A DNA stretch of 64,000 nucleotides from Spirochaetia bacterium (GTDB lineage Bacteria > Spirochaetota > Spirochaetia > UBA9216): the NCBI GenBank assembly GCA_965140585.1, contig OZ223269.1, positions 896,001-960,000 of the forward strand, given 5' to 3'. This document shows positions 52,287 to 62,900 of this stretch, one piece after another (within the stretch, counting starts at the first letter, position 1; each line of letters begins with the position of its first letter). The position numbers and the translations under genes were made by a program. A model generated the notes under the pieces. It was not told the DNA's origin. It made no database searches and worked only from the letters and a program-made list of their open reading frames with translations.

Positions 52287-53297
52287 ATGAGAAAAACACC
52301 AATTGAAAAACTAAAAACTAAAATCACACGATTAAAAAGTGATTCAAATATTGAAGTACTTAATGATCGAGTAAAAATCCGAAATAAAATTTTTTTTAAA
52401 TATAATGAGTCATTTATAGAGTATTCCAAGAGAAGATACTATCCAACAAAAAAAGATGATATTGTTGATGATAACTATACTACCAAAATTCTTCTTGATG
52501 AAAAAAACATCAATATTCTTGGATCAAATATTATTAATCCACCAAAGGGTATTTCAATTGTACTAGACTCATTGAGAAACCTAGTATCAAAAAACATTAA
52601 CCATATTATAATAGGAGATATAAACTCCTTAGAACCGAATACTGTACAAATAACTTATGAATTATATAATGAGATCTTAAATATAGATAAATCAGAACGA
52701 AATGAAAAAAAAGTTAGGTTTAGTAATAGGATTATTCCATTTCTTAACGATAGACTTGGAACTGATCTTGAGAAGTTTGATACTGAAATTGATTATTCTC
52801 TTCTTTTAAATGAATTTCTAACTAGTGGTGAATTTACAAATGAAGATATACTTGCTTTATCAGACAAGATTTCCTCAGGTAGTTTAAATAAAATAGTAAT
52901 CGAAAAACAGATTTTTAAGCAAGCTGATTGGTTGATATCAAGTATGCAAGATATAATTGATACTATCCCTCTTTCAAATGATATAGCAAAGAATCTAGGT
53001 AAAAAAAATTTTGGTTTTAGTAAGATCGATATAACTGGTCCTGAACATCTAATGGAAAAAATATTAACCATCTATGGTAAAACTATCATTTTTGGTGTTC
53101 CTTTTCTGATAAACACAGACAAATATGTTATATCAAAAGCAAAAAAGGGCCTTTCACGTTCTCAATTTGATCTTATCCTTGTTAATCATCTAGCTGATAT
53201 ACAAGTTGTTGAATTAAAAAGATCTGATAAATTCTTATTAGATTATGATTCTTCAAGAGCAAAGTTCTATCCTTTTATGAAAGTAATAATCAAATAA
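52287..53297 (+). pseudogene. Cassette 20: Shedu/DUF4263-like nuclease, apparently 3'-truncated
   Basis: E...QFDLILVN...VVELKR...YDSSRAKFYP then an abrupt end; cassette cores do not match. Confidence 0.55.
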
Positions 53298-53439
53298 GTT
53301 ATTTTTATCCAAATGATTGTGATGGCGATGGAGATATAGATTTTTTGATTTATACTGCTATGGAAAGTAATTCATTTGTGTTTTTAGAACAAAAGTAAAA
53401 ACTCGATTTATTTAAAATAGAAAAATATAATTTAGCTAC

Positions 53440-53578
53440 AGATAACAAGAGATTTGGAGTAGTCAAAACCTTTGTCACAGTTCTGGCTAAAGACACTCCG
53501 CGCTGATCGCGCTGCGTTCCAGAACTGCGCCAAGCCTCGAAGACTCGGCCGGTTTCGCTACTCAAATCGTCGTTATAA
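53440..53578 (+). repeat. attC 20
   Basis: AGATAAC...GTTATAA. Confidence 0.92.
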
Positions 53579-53764
53579 GGAATACTTTGGAGCGATACGA
53601 AGAATTTAAGATATTACGCATATAAATTCCTTAAATATAAATAATTAAATAATTTATTGTGTTAATTTGCGAAAGATAAAAATCCCAATATTGCCTAAAT
53701 TGATTGAAAAATCATTCATTTATGTGTATATTTATAGTGTAAGATACACATTGGAGGCACTTGT

Positions 53765-53959
53765 ATGCGAACAAATATAGTGATTGATGATAGTTTAATG
53801 AATCAAGCAATTGAATTATCTGGATACAATACAAAGAAAGAAACAGTTGAAGAAGCTTTAAGAATGTTAATAAAGTTCAAACAGCAGAATGCGATAAGAT
53901 CATTAAGAGGCAAATTGAAGTGGGAAGGCGATCTTGATGAGATGAGAATTGATAAATGA
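53765..53959 (+). CDS. vapB: Cassette 21: VapB (DUF2191-like) antitoxin
   Basis: MRTNIVIDD.LM..A...TKKETVEEAL...WEGDLDEMR. Confidence 0.88.
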   Translation: MRTNIVIDDSLMNQAIELSGYNTKKETVEEALRMLIKFKQQNAIRSLRGKLKWEGDLDEMRIDK

Positions 53960-54348
53960 TTGTTGTAGATACATCAGCTTGGATAGATTATTTTAATGGA
54001 AAAAAGGCTCCTCATACGGATAGATTGGATAAAGATTTAGGAATAGAAAGAGTAATTATAGGAGATTTAATAATTACAGAATTATTGCAAGGATTTAAAA
54101 ATGATAAAGATTATGGAATAGCTAAGAAATTAATAGGAAGTCTTGAATATAGAGATTTTGTCGGCAAAGAAATAGCAATCCAGGCAGCAGATAATTATAG
54201 ATTTTTAAGAAAAAGGGGAGTAACTGTAAGAAAAACAATAGATGTGCTAATAGCAACTTTTTGTATAGAAAACGGATATGAACTAATACATAATGATAAA
54301 GATTTCGAACCTTTTGAAGAATATCTTGGATTAAAAGTAAGAAGATAG
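53956..54348 (+). CDS. vapC: Cassette 21: VapC PIN toxin
   Basis: VDTSAWID, ELLQG, TIDVLIA, HNDKDF. Confidence 0.9.
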   Translation: MIVVDTSAWIDYFNGKKAPHTDRLDKDLGIERVIIGDLIITELLQGFKNDKDYGIAKKLIGSLEYRDFVGKEIAIQAADNYRFLRKRGVTVRKTIDVLIATFCIENGYELIHNDKDFEPFEEYLGLKVRR

Positions 54349-54443
54349 AAGAAAAGAAAGAGAAAAGAAGAAAGAAATTTTAAAATACCAACAGCTTAAG
54401 AGATTAATAAAAATGATGCATTAAAATGTAAATCAAAGTATCC

Positions 54444-54582
54444 TTATAACAAGAGATTTGGAGTAGTCAAAATTTATTGTCACGATTCTGGCTAAAGACG
54501 TTCGGGCAATGGCCCTCACTCCAGAATCGCGCCAATTCGGCGAAGACGCCGAACAATTTTGCTACTCAAATCGTCGTTATGA
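54444..54582 (+). repeat. attC 21
   Basis: TTATAAC...GTTATGA. Confidence 0.93.
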
Positions 54583-54600
54583 GGAATTTAGGAGAGAATT

Positions 54601-55860
54601 ATGGCAAAGTATAAAAAACGTGATTCATATCGTGGTTTATATGATGTTCTCATTGAAAGTGAAAATACAAAAACGCCACTATCTGTTGATGAGATTGCTC
54701 AAAAATCTGGATATAAAGCTGGTAGTGTTGGTGCCTATATCAGAAATAAATTGAAGAACGTGTATCTATTTGAAATAGAACAAAATAAATATATTGCAAG
54801 AGGAATTAGAAGCCTTAATTTTGAAACATTTTCCTATTTTATGTCTCAAAAAAGTCATGTAGTTGAGCAGGGGGATGAATCTTTACTTCTTAACCTTATT
54901 AATAGAAGTTTACAAGCGTTTTATTTATCAATCGGAACATATAATAATCCAGTTCTAAAATATAGAGTAGAATCATTTAGTATTTTAATAGCAAACGCTT
55001 GGGAGTTATTATTGAAAGCTAGAATAATAGAGAAATATGGAGAAGAAGAAATAAAAAGAACTCAAGATAAAACTATTAGCCTTCTAACAGCTGTAGCAAA
55101 AGTGTTCCCAGAAAAATCAAATCCAATTAGAAAAAATATAGAGAAAATAAATGAATTAAGAGATAAATCAATACATTTATTGATACCAGATATACAAAAA
55201 ACTTTGTCTAGGATTTTCCAGGCTTCAGTATTAAATTATTTAGAATGCATTGAAGAATTTAAATATCATAATCCATATGGAACTGAAATGCCTGGTTTAT
55301 TATCACTTATTTCTGATAAAAATGAATTAGATGATATTAATATAATAAATAAATATGGGGAAAATACTAAAACAATAGTAAAAAAGTTTTTAGAAGATTT
55401 TAATAAAGAAGAAGATGAGATTAAATCTTATCATCTTGCTATTCCTTTAGAATATAAAGTTGTTTTGACAAAAAAAGAAGGGGAAGGGGATCTGAAATTA
55501 TCTATTTCAGATGAAGGTGCGAATGCAAAATTAATTGAAGTTCCTAAAGATCACAATCGAACACACCCATATACCTCAAAAGATATAATTCAAAAAATTA
55601 ATGAAATATTATTCGCTGAGAAATTTGATGAAAAAATGACTTCTTATACTTTTCAAGGTATGTTATTAATTGAAAATATTAGAACAACTCATGATAATCA
55701 ATATTATCACCTTATTGAAAATCCTAAAACACATACATATTCTGATCTACTAATTGATTTAGTTATGCACAAAATAAAAACTAATGAAAAATATTTAGAA
55801 ACTTGTAAGATAAAATGGAGTGAATTATTGAAAACAAAAAGAAGAAAAAAATCCTCATAA
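54601..55860 (+). CDS. Cassette 22: DUF3644-domain protein with N-terminal HTH
   Basis: YNNP..KYRVESFSILIANAWELLLKA...LRDKSIH. Confidence 0.78.
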   Translation: MAKYKKRDSYRGLYDVLIESENTKTPLSVDEIAQKSGYKAGSVGAYIRNKLKNVYLFEIEQNKYIARGIRSLNFETFSYFMSQKSHVVEQGDESLLLNLINRSLQAFYLSIGTYNNPVLKYRVESFSILIANAWELLLKARIIEKYGEEEIKRTQDKTISLLTAVAKVFPEKSNPIRKNIEKINELRDKSIHLLIPDIQKTLSRIFQASVLNYLECIEEFKYHNPYGTEMPGLLSLISDKNELDDINIINKYGENTKTIVKKFLEDFNKEEDEIKSYHLAIPLEYKVVLTKKEGEGDLKLSISDEGANAKLIEVPKDHNRTHPYTSKDIIQKINEILFAEKFDEKMTSYTFQGMLLIENIRTTHDNQYYHLIENPKTHTYSDLLIDLVMHKIKTNEKYLETCKIKWSELLKTKRRKKSS

Positions 55861-55993
55861 CAAGAGATTTGGAGTAGTCAAAACTTTTGTCACAGTTCTG
55901 GCTAAAGACACTCCGCGCTGATCGCGCTGCGTTCCAGAACTGCGCCAAGCCTCGAAGACTCGGCCCGTTTTGCTACTCAAATCGTCGTTAAAT
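55855..55993 (+). repeat. attC 22
   Basis: TCATAAC...GTTAAAT. Confidence 0.93.
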
Positions 55994-56026
55994 TGAAAGC
56001 AACTGTTTATTTAGGAATAGAGAAAA

Positions 56027-56857
56027 TTGAGAAGATATATATTGTTTAATATTGTATTGTATTTTGTTTCATTACAGGTATATACAATCGAGATATCAAT
56101 TGGGGATTCGTTAAAAGACATTATAGGGAATATTAATGAAGATGATTATTTAGGAATGGATAATCTTGGGCTTTGGCCAGAAAATGAATACCATGTGTAT
56201 AATATTGAAGATGATAATAGGATTTTTCTATCAATGAACTTTTATCCCTTTGGTGTATTAGTAGAAAAGAATGATACACATGTCTTTCTCATTGATTTTG
56301 ATGGAGATTCATATTTAGACTTTGAAGCCAATTATCTTTACATTCCACCTTGGGTTATTTCACTTAATTCAAATGGATCACATTCAGGGAATTTTATGTT
56401 GGAATACCTCGATTTAACTTCTAAAGCATTCCAATCTGACGAGTTACCTCAAGATTCAGATGATATGAAAATCAGAACAACAAAATTAATTGAGATTGCT
56501 GATAATAGAAATGCAGAAGACCGTGTTTATGTATATTACGATTATTTGTATAACTATCTATACAGTCGTAAGGAATATGAAACAGCATATTACTGCTTAC
56601 AGAATTTATTTCAATCAATGAATTCTCCACAAAATGAAACAATCCTAATTTATATGGTCGAATTGGCTTATCGAAATGGTCAACTGAATGAATCTAGAGG
56701 ATTGAATAATATTCTTATTGAGTATTTTCCAGACTTTATTCCAGGACTTGTATATCAATATATACTAGAAGAGGATCAAGAATTAAAGGAAAAGTATAAA
56801 ATGGTTTTATTAGAAGAGCATGCGAATCATTGGATGGTTAAGGAAAAAATAAAATAG
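56027..56857 (+). CDS. Cassette 23: hypothetical secreted protein
   Basis: Signal-peptide-like start; DFDGD motif; helical C-terminus. Confidence 0.68.
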   Translation: MRRYILFNIVLYFVSLQVYTIEISIGDSLKDIIGNINEDDYLGMDNLGLWPENEYHVYNIEDDNRIFLSMNFYPFGVLVEKNDTHVFLIDFDGDSYLDFEANYLYIPPWVISLNSNGSHSGNFMLEYLDLTSKAFQSDELPQDSDDMKIRTTKLIEIADNRNAEDRVYVYYDYLYNYLYSRKEYETAYYCLQNLFQSMNSPQNETILIYMVELAYRNGQLNESRGLNNILIEYFPDFIPGLVYQYILEEDQELKEKYKMVLLEEHANHWMVKEKIK

Positions 56858-56930
56858 CTTAATTCTATATTCCAACCTGATGTATATGAGTCAAAAACAT
56901 GGGCAAATAATTCTTGCCTTATAGAAGGAT

Positions 56931-58214
56931 ATGCAAATGATTTTACAACACCGAAGATTTATGCTGTTTTTATTTCTTATTGAAATATTTGTCAGAAACA
57001 TTTTTGCAATAGGAATAGAATTGATCAATATTCCAAATATTCCCGGATTTGAAGAATTTAATGAAGAAATACAATTTATATTTCAAAATGAGTTTTATTT
57101 TGATGTATATGTACCTGATGAATATTGGAAATATGATTCTTCAAAACAAGATTTAGCAAATGAGGTTACTCATTTTGCAGAAATACTTGAAGGGCTTGAT
57201 AATTCAAAACAGAATCAGGACTTAGCTTTGTTAAAAGGTTTGCTCTATTTCTATTTATATAATCTTGATCAACCAGGCTCTCTTAATAAGGCGATTCATC
57301 AGATGGAAATAATAGGGAACTATTCTAATCCTGATTATAGATATATTTGGTTTCTTGCCGCAATCCAATCTGCTTCAACAGAAAGCTATAAAGCAATAGA
57401 TAATTTTCAATATATTGAAAACCGAATTCCTGAAGATAAAATCCATCCCAGATTTTGGTATGATTATGCAATCGCATCATCTTTAGCATTTATGCCTTCA
57501 AAAGCCCTTGATTGTTATGAAAAACTTGGCAAATATAGTGATTATGATTTACAAAATGATAAATTCTATATTGATCTAAGAGATAATTTCATAAGAGCTT
57601 CAAGTGATGATTTTATTGATAAAAATGAACTTTTTACTTTCTATAATTATGAAAATGGACCGGGAGTAATATCTCGCCAATTGGGGATCTGGATGCCCCT
57701 AAAAAACAGTTGGTATCCTATGCTTGCTGATTATAAAAATCATTTTAGTGCTATCAAGTTCTCATCAGAACCAATAATTAATGAAGATACTGTAGATGGA
57801 ATCTCATATACAATAACTACATTCTTCTTTCATAACACGGATTCTATTTTATCTAAGTTCAACTCGATAGCTCCTAATGTTGAAGAAATTAGGAATTCTG
57901 AATTTGATCCCATGTTTACAGTTTTAGAAATTAGTGAACCAGAGAAGTATCCTCATATGGGTGGAGCACATGGATATGTCGTAATTTATGAAAAAGATAT
58001 TAGCAATTCAAAAACTATAGATATTGAGAAACCAATAGAAATGGAATATGAAAAAGATGGATCACCAAAATATTTCCATTTAGATAAAAACTACTTACGG
58101 TTGGATGGTAAAATCTCATATGTCTTCCTTCTAGATAGTTGTGAATTTATCTTTGAAGAGTCAAAAAAAGATTTTATCGAATTTATTACAAACATGGTAA
58201 TTGAAGACAATTAG
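56931..58214 (+). CDS. Cassette 23: hypothetical secreted protein, TPR-like N-half
   Basis: Signal-peptide-like start; 427 aa. Confidence 0.68.
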   Translation: MQMILQHRRFMLFLFLIEIFVRNIFAIGIELINIPNIPGFEEFNEEIQFIFQNEFYFDVYVPDEYWKYDSSKQDLANEVTHFAEILEGLDNSKQNQDLALLKGLLYFYLYNLDQPGSLNKAIHQMEIIGNYSNPDYRYIWFLAAIQSASTESYKAIDNFQYIENRIPEDKIHPRFWYDYAIASSLAFMPSKALDCYEKLGKYSDYDLQNDKFYIDLRDNFIRASSDDFIDKNELFTFYNYENGPGVISRQLGIWMPLKNSWYPMLADYKNHFSAIKFSSEPIINEDTVDGISYTITTFFFHNTDSILSKFNSIAPNVEEIRNSEFDPMFTVLEISEPEKYPHMGGAHGYVVIYEKDISNSKTIDIEKPIEMEYEKDGSPKYFHLDKNYLRLDGKISYVFLLDSCEFIFEESKKDFIEFITNMVIEDN

Positions 58215-58217
58215 TCA

Positions 58218-58315
58218 ATTTAACAATGATTTGCTACGGATTTGCCTTTGTCACAATTATTGCTATTCGCAATAATTCCGCCAAATACGGCAAACCGCAG
58301 AAATCGGCGTTATAT
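58218..58315 (+). repeat. attC 23 (shortest, 98 bp, unique type)
   Basis: ATTTAAC AATGATTTGCTACGG...CCGCAGAAATCGGC GTTATAT. Confidence 0.87.
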
Positions 58316-58336
58316 AGAATTAAGATGAGATTAATG

Positions 58337-58364
58337 TTGACAAAAGACGGTATAGTAGTATAAT
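58337..58364 (+). promoter_or_regulatory. Consensus sigma70 promoter inside cassette 24
   Basis: TTGACA-16bp-TATAAT. Confidence 0.7.
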
Positions 58365-58420
58365 TTAAGGGTCTAATATGTATAAAAATTACAGAATTAC
58401 ACTTTAAATTGGGTAAATAC

Positions 58421-59716
58421 ATGATTATTGACTTTTCAGTTAGCAATTTTTTATCAATAAATGATGAAATCTCTTTAAGTTTTACAGCAAATAATAAAAA
58501 AAGTGATGACGAAGTTAAAATAGTTCCTGTGGATGGTAAGAGATATGATTTATATACATTTACCGCTATATATGGGCCAAATGCTTCAGGGAAAACTAAT
58601 ATAATAAAAGCACTCTCGCAGTTTATAAACTTAATACTATACTCACATAGATCTGATTTAGATCAATTGATATCAGCTTATCAACCATTTCGATTAGATA
58701 AAAAAAATTCTAAGTTACCAGTTTCTTTTGAAATTGAGTTTATTGTTGAAGACATTCGTTATATTTATAGTATAGAATTTAATGAAAAAGCTTTTTTAAA
58801 GGAAGAATTGCATTTTTTTCCTGAGGGACGAAAAGCGATTTTATTCATTCGCGAAAATGAAAATGTAAAGTATGGAAGTTATTTTACTGGAGAGAAGAAA
58901 AATCTTGAAACCTTTTTGCTTCCTAATAGATTATTTCTTTCGGTAGTTGCAAATTCAAAAAACAATATACTCAATACAATATATAGATTCTTTAGAGATT
59001 CAATTAATATACACGTTAGGATGGATTCCTCTGATCGTCCTTTTCATAGTACTACATTTGAATTGAGAGATAAGGAAGATGAATTTAAAGATGTTTTGTT
59101 AAGAATACTAAAAGCAGCAGATCTTTCAGTCGCAGATATAAGATTGGATGAGGATGAAGACGTATCTGAAAAATTACAACTTCCAGATGACATTCCTGAT
59201 GAGATTAGAAAAAAAATTATAAATGATTTTAAGTACACACCATTATTAGGACATAATATCTTCGATAACGGTGTACAAACTAATGAAATTGAATATTTTG
59301 ATCTTGATTCAGAAGAATCTACTGGAACAATAAAAATGTATGATATAGCTGGAGAAGTTATCGCAGCATTAAAAACTGGTAAAATTTTAATAATTGATGA
59401 ATTTAACAGTGGGTTACATCCATTGTTAAATAAATTTATAATTGAATTATTTACTAATGAGAAGATTAATATCAATAATTCACAATTGTTAATTTCAACA
59501 CATGATACTTGTGCATTAGATTTACAAATTCTGAAAAGAGAACAAATATGGTTTACTGATAAGAAAAAAGATAATTCTACAGATTTATACTCTTTAGATG
59601 AATTTGATAAAAATGTCGTTAGAGAAAAATCTAGGTATTCAAAAATGTACTTAGACGGTAGATTTAAAGCTATTCCAACAACAAGTATTGGAGATTTGAT
59701 AAAGGGTATTTTTTAA
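58421..59716 (+). CDS. Cassette 24: AAA_21 ATPase (RloA/AbiLi-like)
   Basis: IYGPNASGKTN, ESTGT, IIDEFNSGLHP, QLLISTHD, REQIWF, YLDGRF. Confidence 0.88.
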   Translation: MIIDFSVSNFLSINDEISLSFTANNKKSDDEVKIVPVDGKRYDLYTFTAIYGPNASGKTNIIKALSQFINLILYSHRSDLDQLISAYQPFRLDKKNSKLPVSFEIEFIVEDIRYIYSIEFNEKAFLKEELHFFPEGRKAILFIRENENVKYGSYFTGEKKNLETFLLPNRLFLSVVANSKNNILNTIYRFFRDSINIHVRMDSSDRPFHSTTFELRDKEDEFKDVLLRILKAADLSVADIRLDEDEDVSEKLQLPDDIPDEIRKKIINDFKYTPLLGHNIFDNGVQTNEIEYFDLDSEESTGTIKMYDIAGEVIAALKTGKILIIDEFNSGLHPLLNKFIIELFTNEKININNSQLLISTHDTCALDLQILKREQIWFTDKKKDNSTDLYSLDEFDKNVVREKSRYSKMYLDGRFKAIPTTSIGDLIKGIF

Positions 59717-60343
59717 TGCCTAAACCAAGAAAACAATCAGGTTCAAGAAAACTACAACATAGAATGTATATTCTTTGTGAAGGTATGAAAAATAAATCTG
59801 AAAGTGCATATTTTAAAGCCTTAATTAGAGAATGCAAATTTGTTAGTAATAAAATTGATGTTAAAGTAATTGATACAGAAAAAAAATACAGGAAAAGAAT
59901 TAGTCGCTGAGGCTAAAAAATGTCGAATAATTCCAGAAGATAAAATATGGGTGGTTTATGATAAAGATGGTTATACTAAACACCCTGAAACCTTTTCTAA
60001 TGCCAAGGATGCAGGTATAAAAATTGCATTTTCAGCTATATCATTTGAAACTTGGATTTTGATGCATTATGAGTATACTGCAAAAGCATTTGATAGAAGT
60101 GAAGATATTATAAAATATTTGAGTGGGAAAAATTATTTAGATTATAAAAAGGGTGACAAAACTATTTATGAGCAAACCAAATCTTTAATTGAAACTGCTA
60201 TAACTAACTCAAATCGTCTAAGAAAAAGTCAAATTGAAAGTAATCCTCGAAACTTTAAAATATATAATCTAAATCCATATACTGATATTGATCTTGTAAT
60301 TATTGATATTAGAGAAATGGAAGAATTAGAAAAATCTATATAA
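59716..60343 (+). pseudogene. Cassette 24: RloB-like protein split by a +1 frameshift in an A8 run
   Basis: ILCEG...ESAYF in the first ORF; WVVYDKD, FETWILMHY, NPYT in the second; A8 at 59879-59886. Confidence 0.8.
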
Positions 60344-60472
60344 CAAGAGATTTGGAGTAGTCAAAATTTATTGTCACGATTCTGGCTAAAGACACTCGCT
60401 GATCGCTCGTTCCAGAATCGCGCCAATTCGGCGAGACGCCGAACAATTTTGCTACTCAAATCGTCGTTATGC
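60338..60472 (+). repeat. attC 24
   Basis: ATATAAC...GTTATGC. Confidence 0.93.
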
Positions 60473-60513
60473 ATATATAGGTGGCAAAAATAGATATTGA
60501 TAGAATATTTTGA

Positions 60514-61017
60514 ATGGCAATAATGAATATATCAGCTCAATATTTTCAAATACCAATTGCGAATAAAGAAAAACCAATCTATATAGAAAGGGTTTATTGT
60601 TATGAATTGTATCACCAGATGAGAAAAGAATGGGATGAACATGAGCGATATCAATTATGTGGAGAATTGGATAAATCGGGACATCCCCTAATAAGAAATA
60701 ATATTCTTGATAAAAGTAAACCTGATTTTTTAGTACATGAACCTGGGAATATGGATGGAAATCTACTTGTAATTGAAGTGAAACCAGTTAATGCAAGAAA
60801 AAATGGGCTTAAAAAGGATTTAGAGACATTAACTAATTATCATACTTTAGCAAATTACAGCAGAGCTATTCTTTTAATTTATGGTGATGATGATATTGCG
60901 AAATTAAAACGAAATATTATGGAAATATCAAAAAAATACGATGAGATTTCTTTAGAATTGATAGAAATTTATTGGCATAAAGAAGTTGGTAGAGAAATAA
61001 TAAAAATTGAGATATAG
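60514..61017 (+). CDS. Cassette 25: PD-(D/E)xK nuclease-like protein
   Basis: ERVYCYELYHQ, GELDK, KPDFLVH, VIEVK, KDLETL. Confidence 0.7.
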   Translation: MAIMNISAQYFQIPIANKEKPIYIERVYCYELYHQMRKEWDEHERYQLCGELDKSGHPLIRNNILDKSKPDFLVHEPGNMDGNLLVIEVKPVNARKNGLKKDLETLTNYHTLANYSRAILLIYGDDDIAKLKRNIMEISKKYDEISLELIEIYWHKEVGREIIKIEI

Positions 61018-61026
61018 AAATTTGAG

Positions 61027-61614
61027 GTGTATATGTTAGAGATTATTGATGATTTAATAAAAAAGGTGAAAATCCAACGTGATCTTCATAGTTATTTTGA
61101 ACAAAAAAGAAAAGCTCTATCGATTTTAATTAAGGTTATAAATATATTAATTCCTGGATTACTTACTTTAATAGCATTCGCGGATTTTGATTATATTAGT
61201 ATTTTGATTAAAATTGAAAACACCAGATATATTATAATTTTCTTAGGAATACTTTCTTTTTGCTTGTTCGTAATTAGTATTTTTGATGAAATATTCAATT
61301 TAACAACTAATTTTCGTTCTCATAGGTTATCAATTGAACAATATTCTTTATTAATAAGAGATATCAAAATTTTTAAGAAGAAAATTGATAAATTTCAAGA
61401 TAATGAAATAATTAGAAAGATAGAAGCATATAATGAGAGATATATGCAAATATCATCATCATCATTAACTTTTACTGATAAAGAATATCTTAAAGCAAGC
61501 AAAGCAAGTAAAATTAAAAAGAGAATAAAATTAGAAATTTCAAGAAATCCTTTCCAAAGTATAATATTTTTAAAGTTGAAATATAGATTTGGTATCAAAA
61601 AATATAATGCATAA
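61027..61614 (+). CDS. Cassette 25: 2-TM SLATT-like membrane protein
   Basis: Two hydrophobic helices followed by an H....YSLLIRDI helical tail. Confidence 0.55.
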   Translation: MYMLEIIDDLIKKVKIQRDLHSYFEQKRKALSILIKVINILIPGLLTLIAFADFDYISILIKIENTRYIIIFLGILSFCLFVISIFDEIFNLTTNFRSHRLSIEQYSLLIRDIKIFKKKIDKFQDNEIIRKIEAYNERYMQISSSSLTFTDKEYLKASKASKIKKRIKLEISRNPFQSIIFLKLKYRFGIKKYNA

Positions 61615-61754
61615 CAAAAATTTTGGAGCAGTCGCCGTCTATTGTCATGATTCTGGCGGAGACGTTCCGCGCTGATCGCGCTACACTCCAGAATCACGCC
61701 AATTCCTTCCGCTTCGCTCCAGGATCGAGGGCGCAGCTCAAATTGTCGTTATGC
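61609..61754 (+). repeat. attC 25 (long variant shared with attC 26)
   Basis: GCATAAC...GTTATGC. Confidence 0.9.
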
Positions 61755-61867
61755 ACCCGCTTCGCGGGATATAGAATTTCAATCTTTGATAGAATACTTG
61801 TTTTCTGGTGTCATTTAGAGTAAATTTTTGAAGATATATTTTTAACAAATCAGGAAAAAATGTAAAG

Positions 61868-62740
61868 ATGGCTGAATATAAAAACCAACATTATGTACCG
61901 CAATCTTATCTTGAAGGGTTTAAAGCTAAGAATTTACCAAATGAATGGGAGAAAACTTCTGCGATATGGGTATTAGATAAAATATCAGGTGAAATAAGGC
62001 TAAAATCAATAAAGAAAACAGCTTCTAAAAACTATTATTATTCATTTATTGATAAAAATCATGAAATGAATAATGAAATAGAGAAATGTTTTAATCAAAT
62101 AGAAAAAGAGTATAGTTTAATTAGAGGTACAATTAAGAATCTTATAGAAGAAATTAATTTATCTAATACAGCATACAATATTAATCCCAAATATAAGAAA
62201 CTAATATCAGAATATTTTTATATACAAATGATAAGAGTTCCTAGGGTATTTGAGGAATTAAAAGGAATTGCTAAGAATATTAATTTGAGCTTAAGTGATA
62301 AATATAATGAAGAATATGATGAAAATGAAACACAAATTTTAACATTAAGAATGTTATCGAAAGTTGGACGATATAAAAATATAAATTTTTATGAAAATTT
62401 TATGAAAAGAACTTTATATATTGAATATTTCCCAAGGACTAAAGTATCTATTGCCACTTCAGATTCACCAATAATGATGTATGATGAAACCAGAGGCGCT
62501 GGTTTAGCATATGAAACAACAAAAATTTGTTTGGTATTAGGTCCTTCAATAATTTTAACATTAGGGGAGTTTGGAGATGATATTAAGATTTTAAAGCGTC
62601 GTGAATTATCAATGGCTTCTGATTTTAATAACTTAATTGGTTTAAAAAGTGATAAAGAAATTTATAGCAATAATCCCCAAACATTAGTTAATATTGGAGA
62701 AAGAATTGGAATAAAAACAAAGATTATTAATAAATCATAA
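61868..62740 (+). CDS. Cassette 26: DUF4238-domain protein
   Basis: QHYVPQSYLEGF, NYYYS, EIEK.F..IE, TSDSP. Confidence 0.8.
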   Translation: MAEYKNQHYVPQSYLEGFKAKNLPNEWEKTSAIWVLDKISGEIRLKSIKKTASKNYYYSFIDKNHEMNNEIEKCFNQIEKEYSLIRGTIKNLIEEINLSNTAYNINPKYKKLISEYFYIQMIRVPRVFEELKGIAKNINLSLSDKYNEEYDENETQILTLRMLSKVGRYKNINFYENFMKRTLYIEYFPRTKVSIATSDSPIMMYDETRGAGLAYETTKICLVLGPSIILTLGEFGDDIKILKRRELSMASDFNNLIGLKSDKEIYSNNPQTLVNIGERIGIKTKIINKS

Positions 62741-62754
62741 GAAAATGTTAAAAT

Positions 62755-62900
62755 GCATAACAAATGAAATACAGTTGTCGCCGTCTATTGTCACGATTCT
62801 GGCGGAGACGTTCCGCGCTGATCGCGCTGCACTCCAGAATCGCGCCAATTCCTTCCGCTTCGCTCCAGGATCGAGGGCGCAACTGATTTCGTCGTTATGC
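62755..62900 (+). repeat. attC 26
   Basis: GCATAAC...GTTATGC. Confidence 0.9.
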
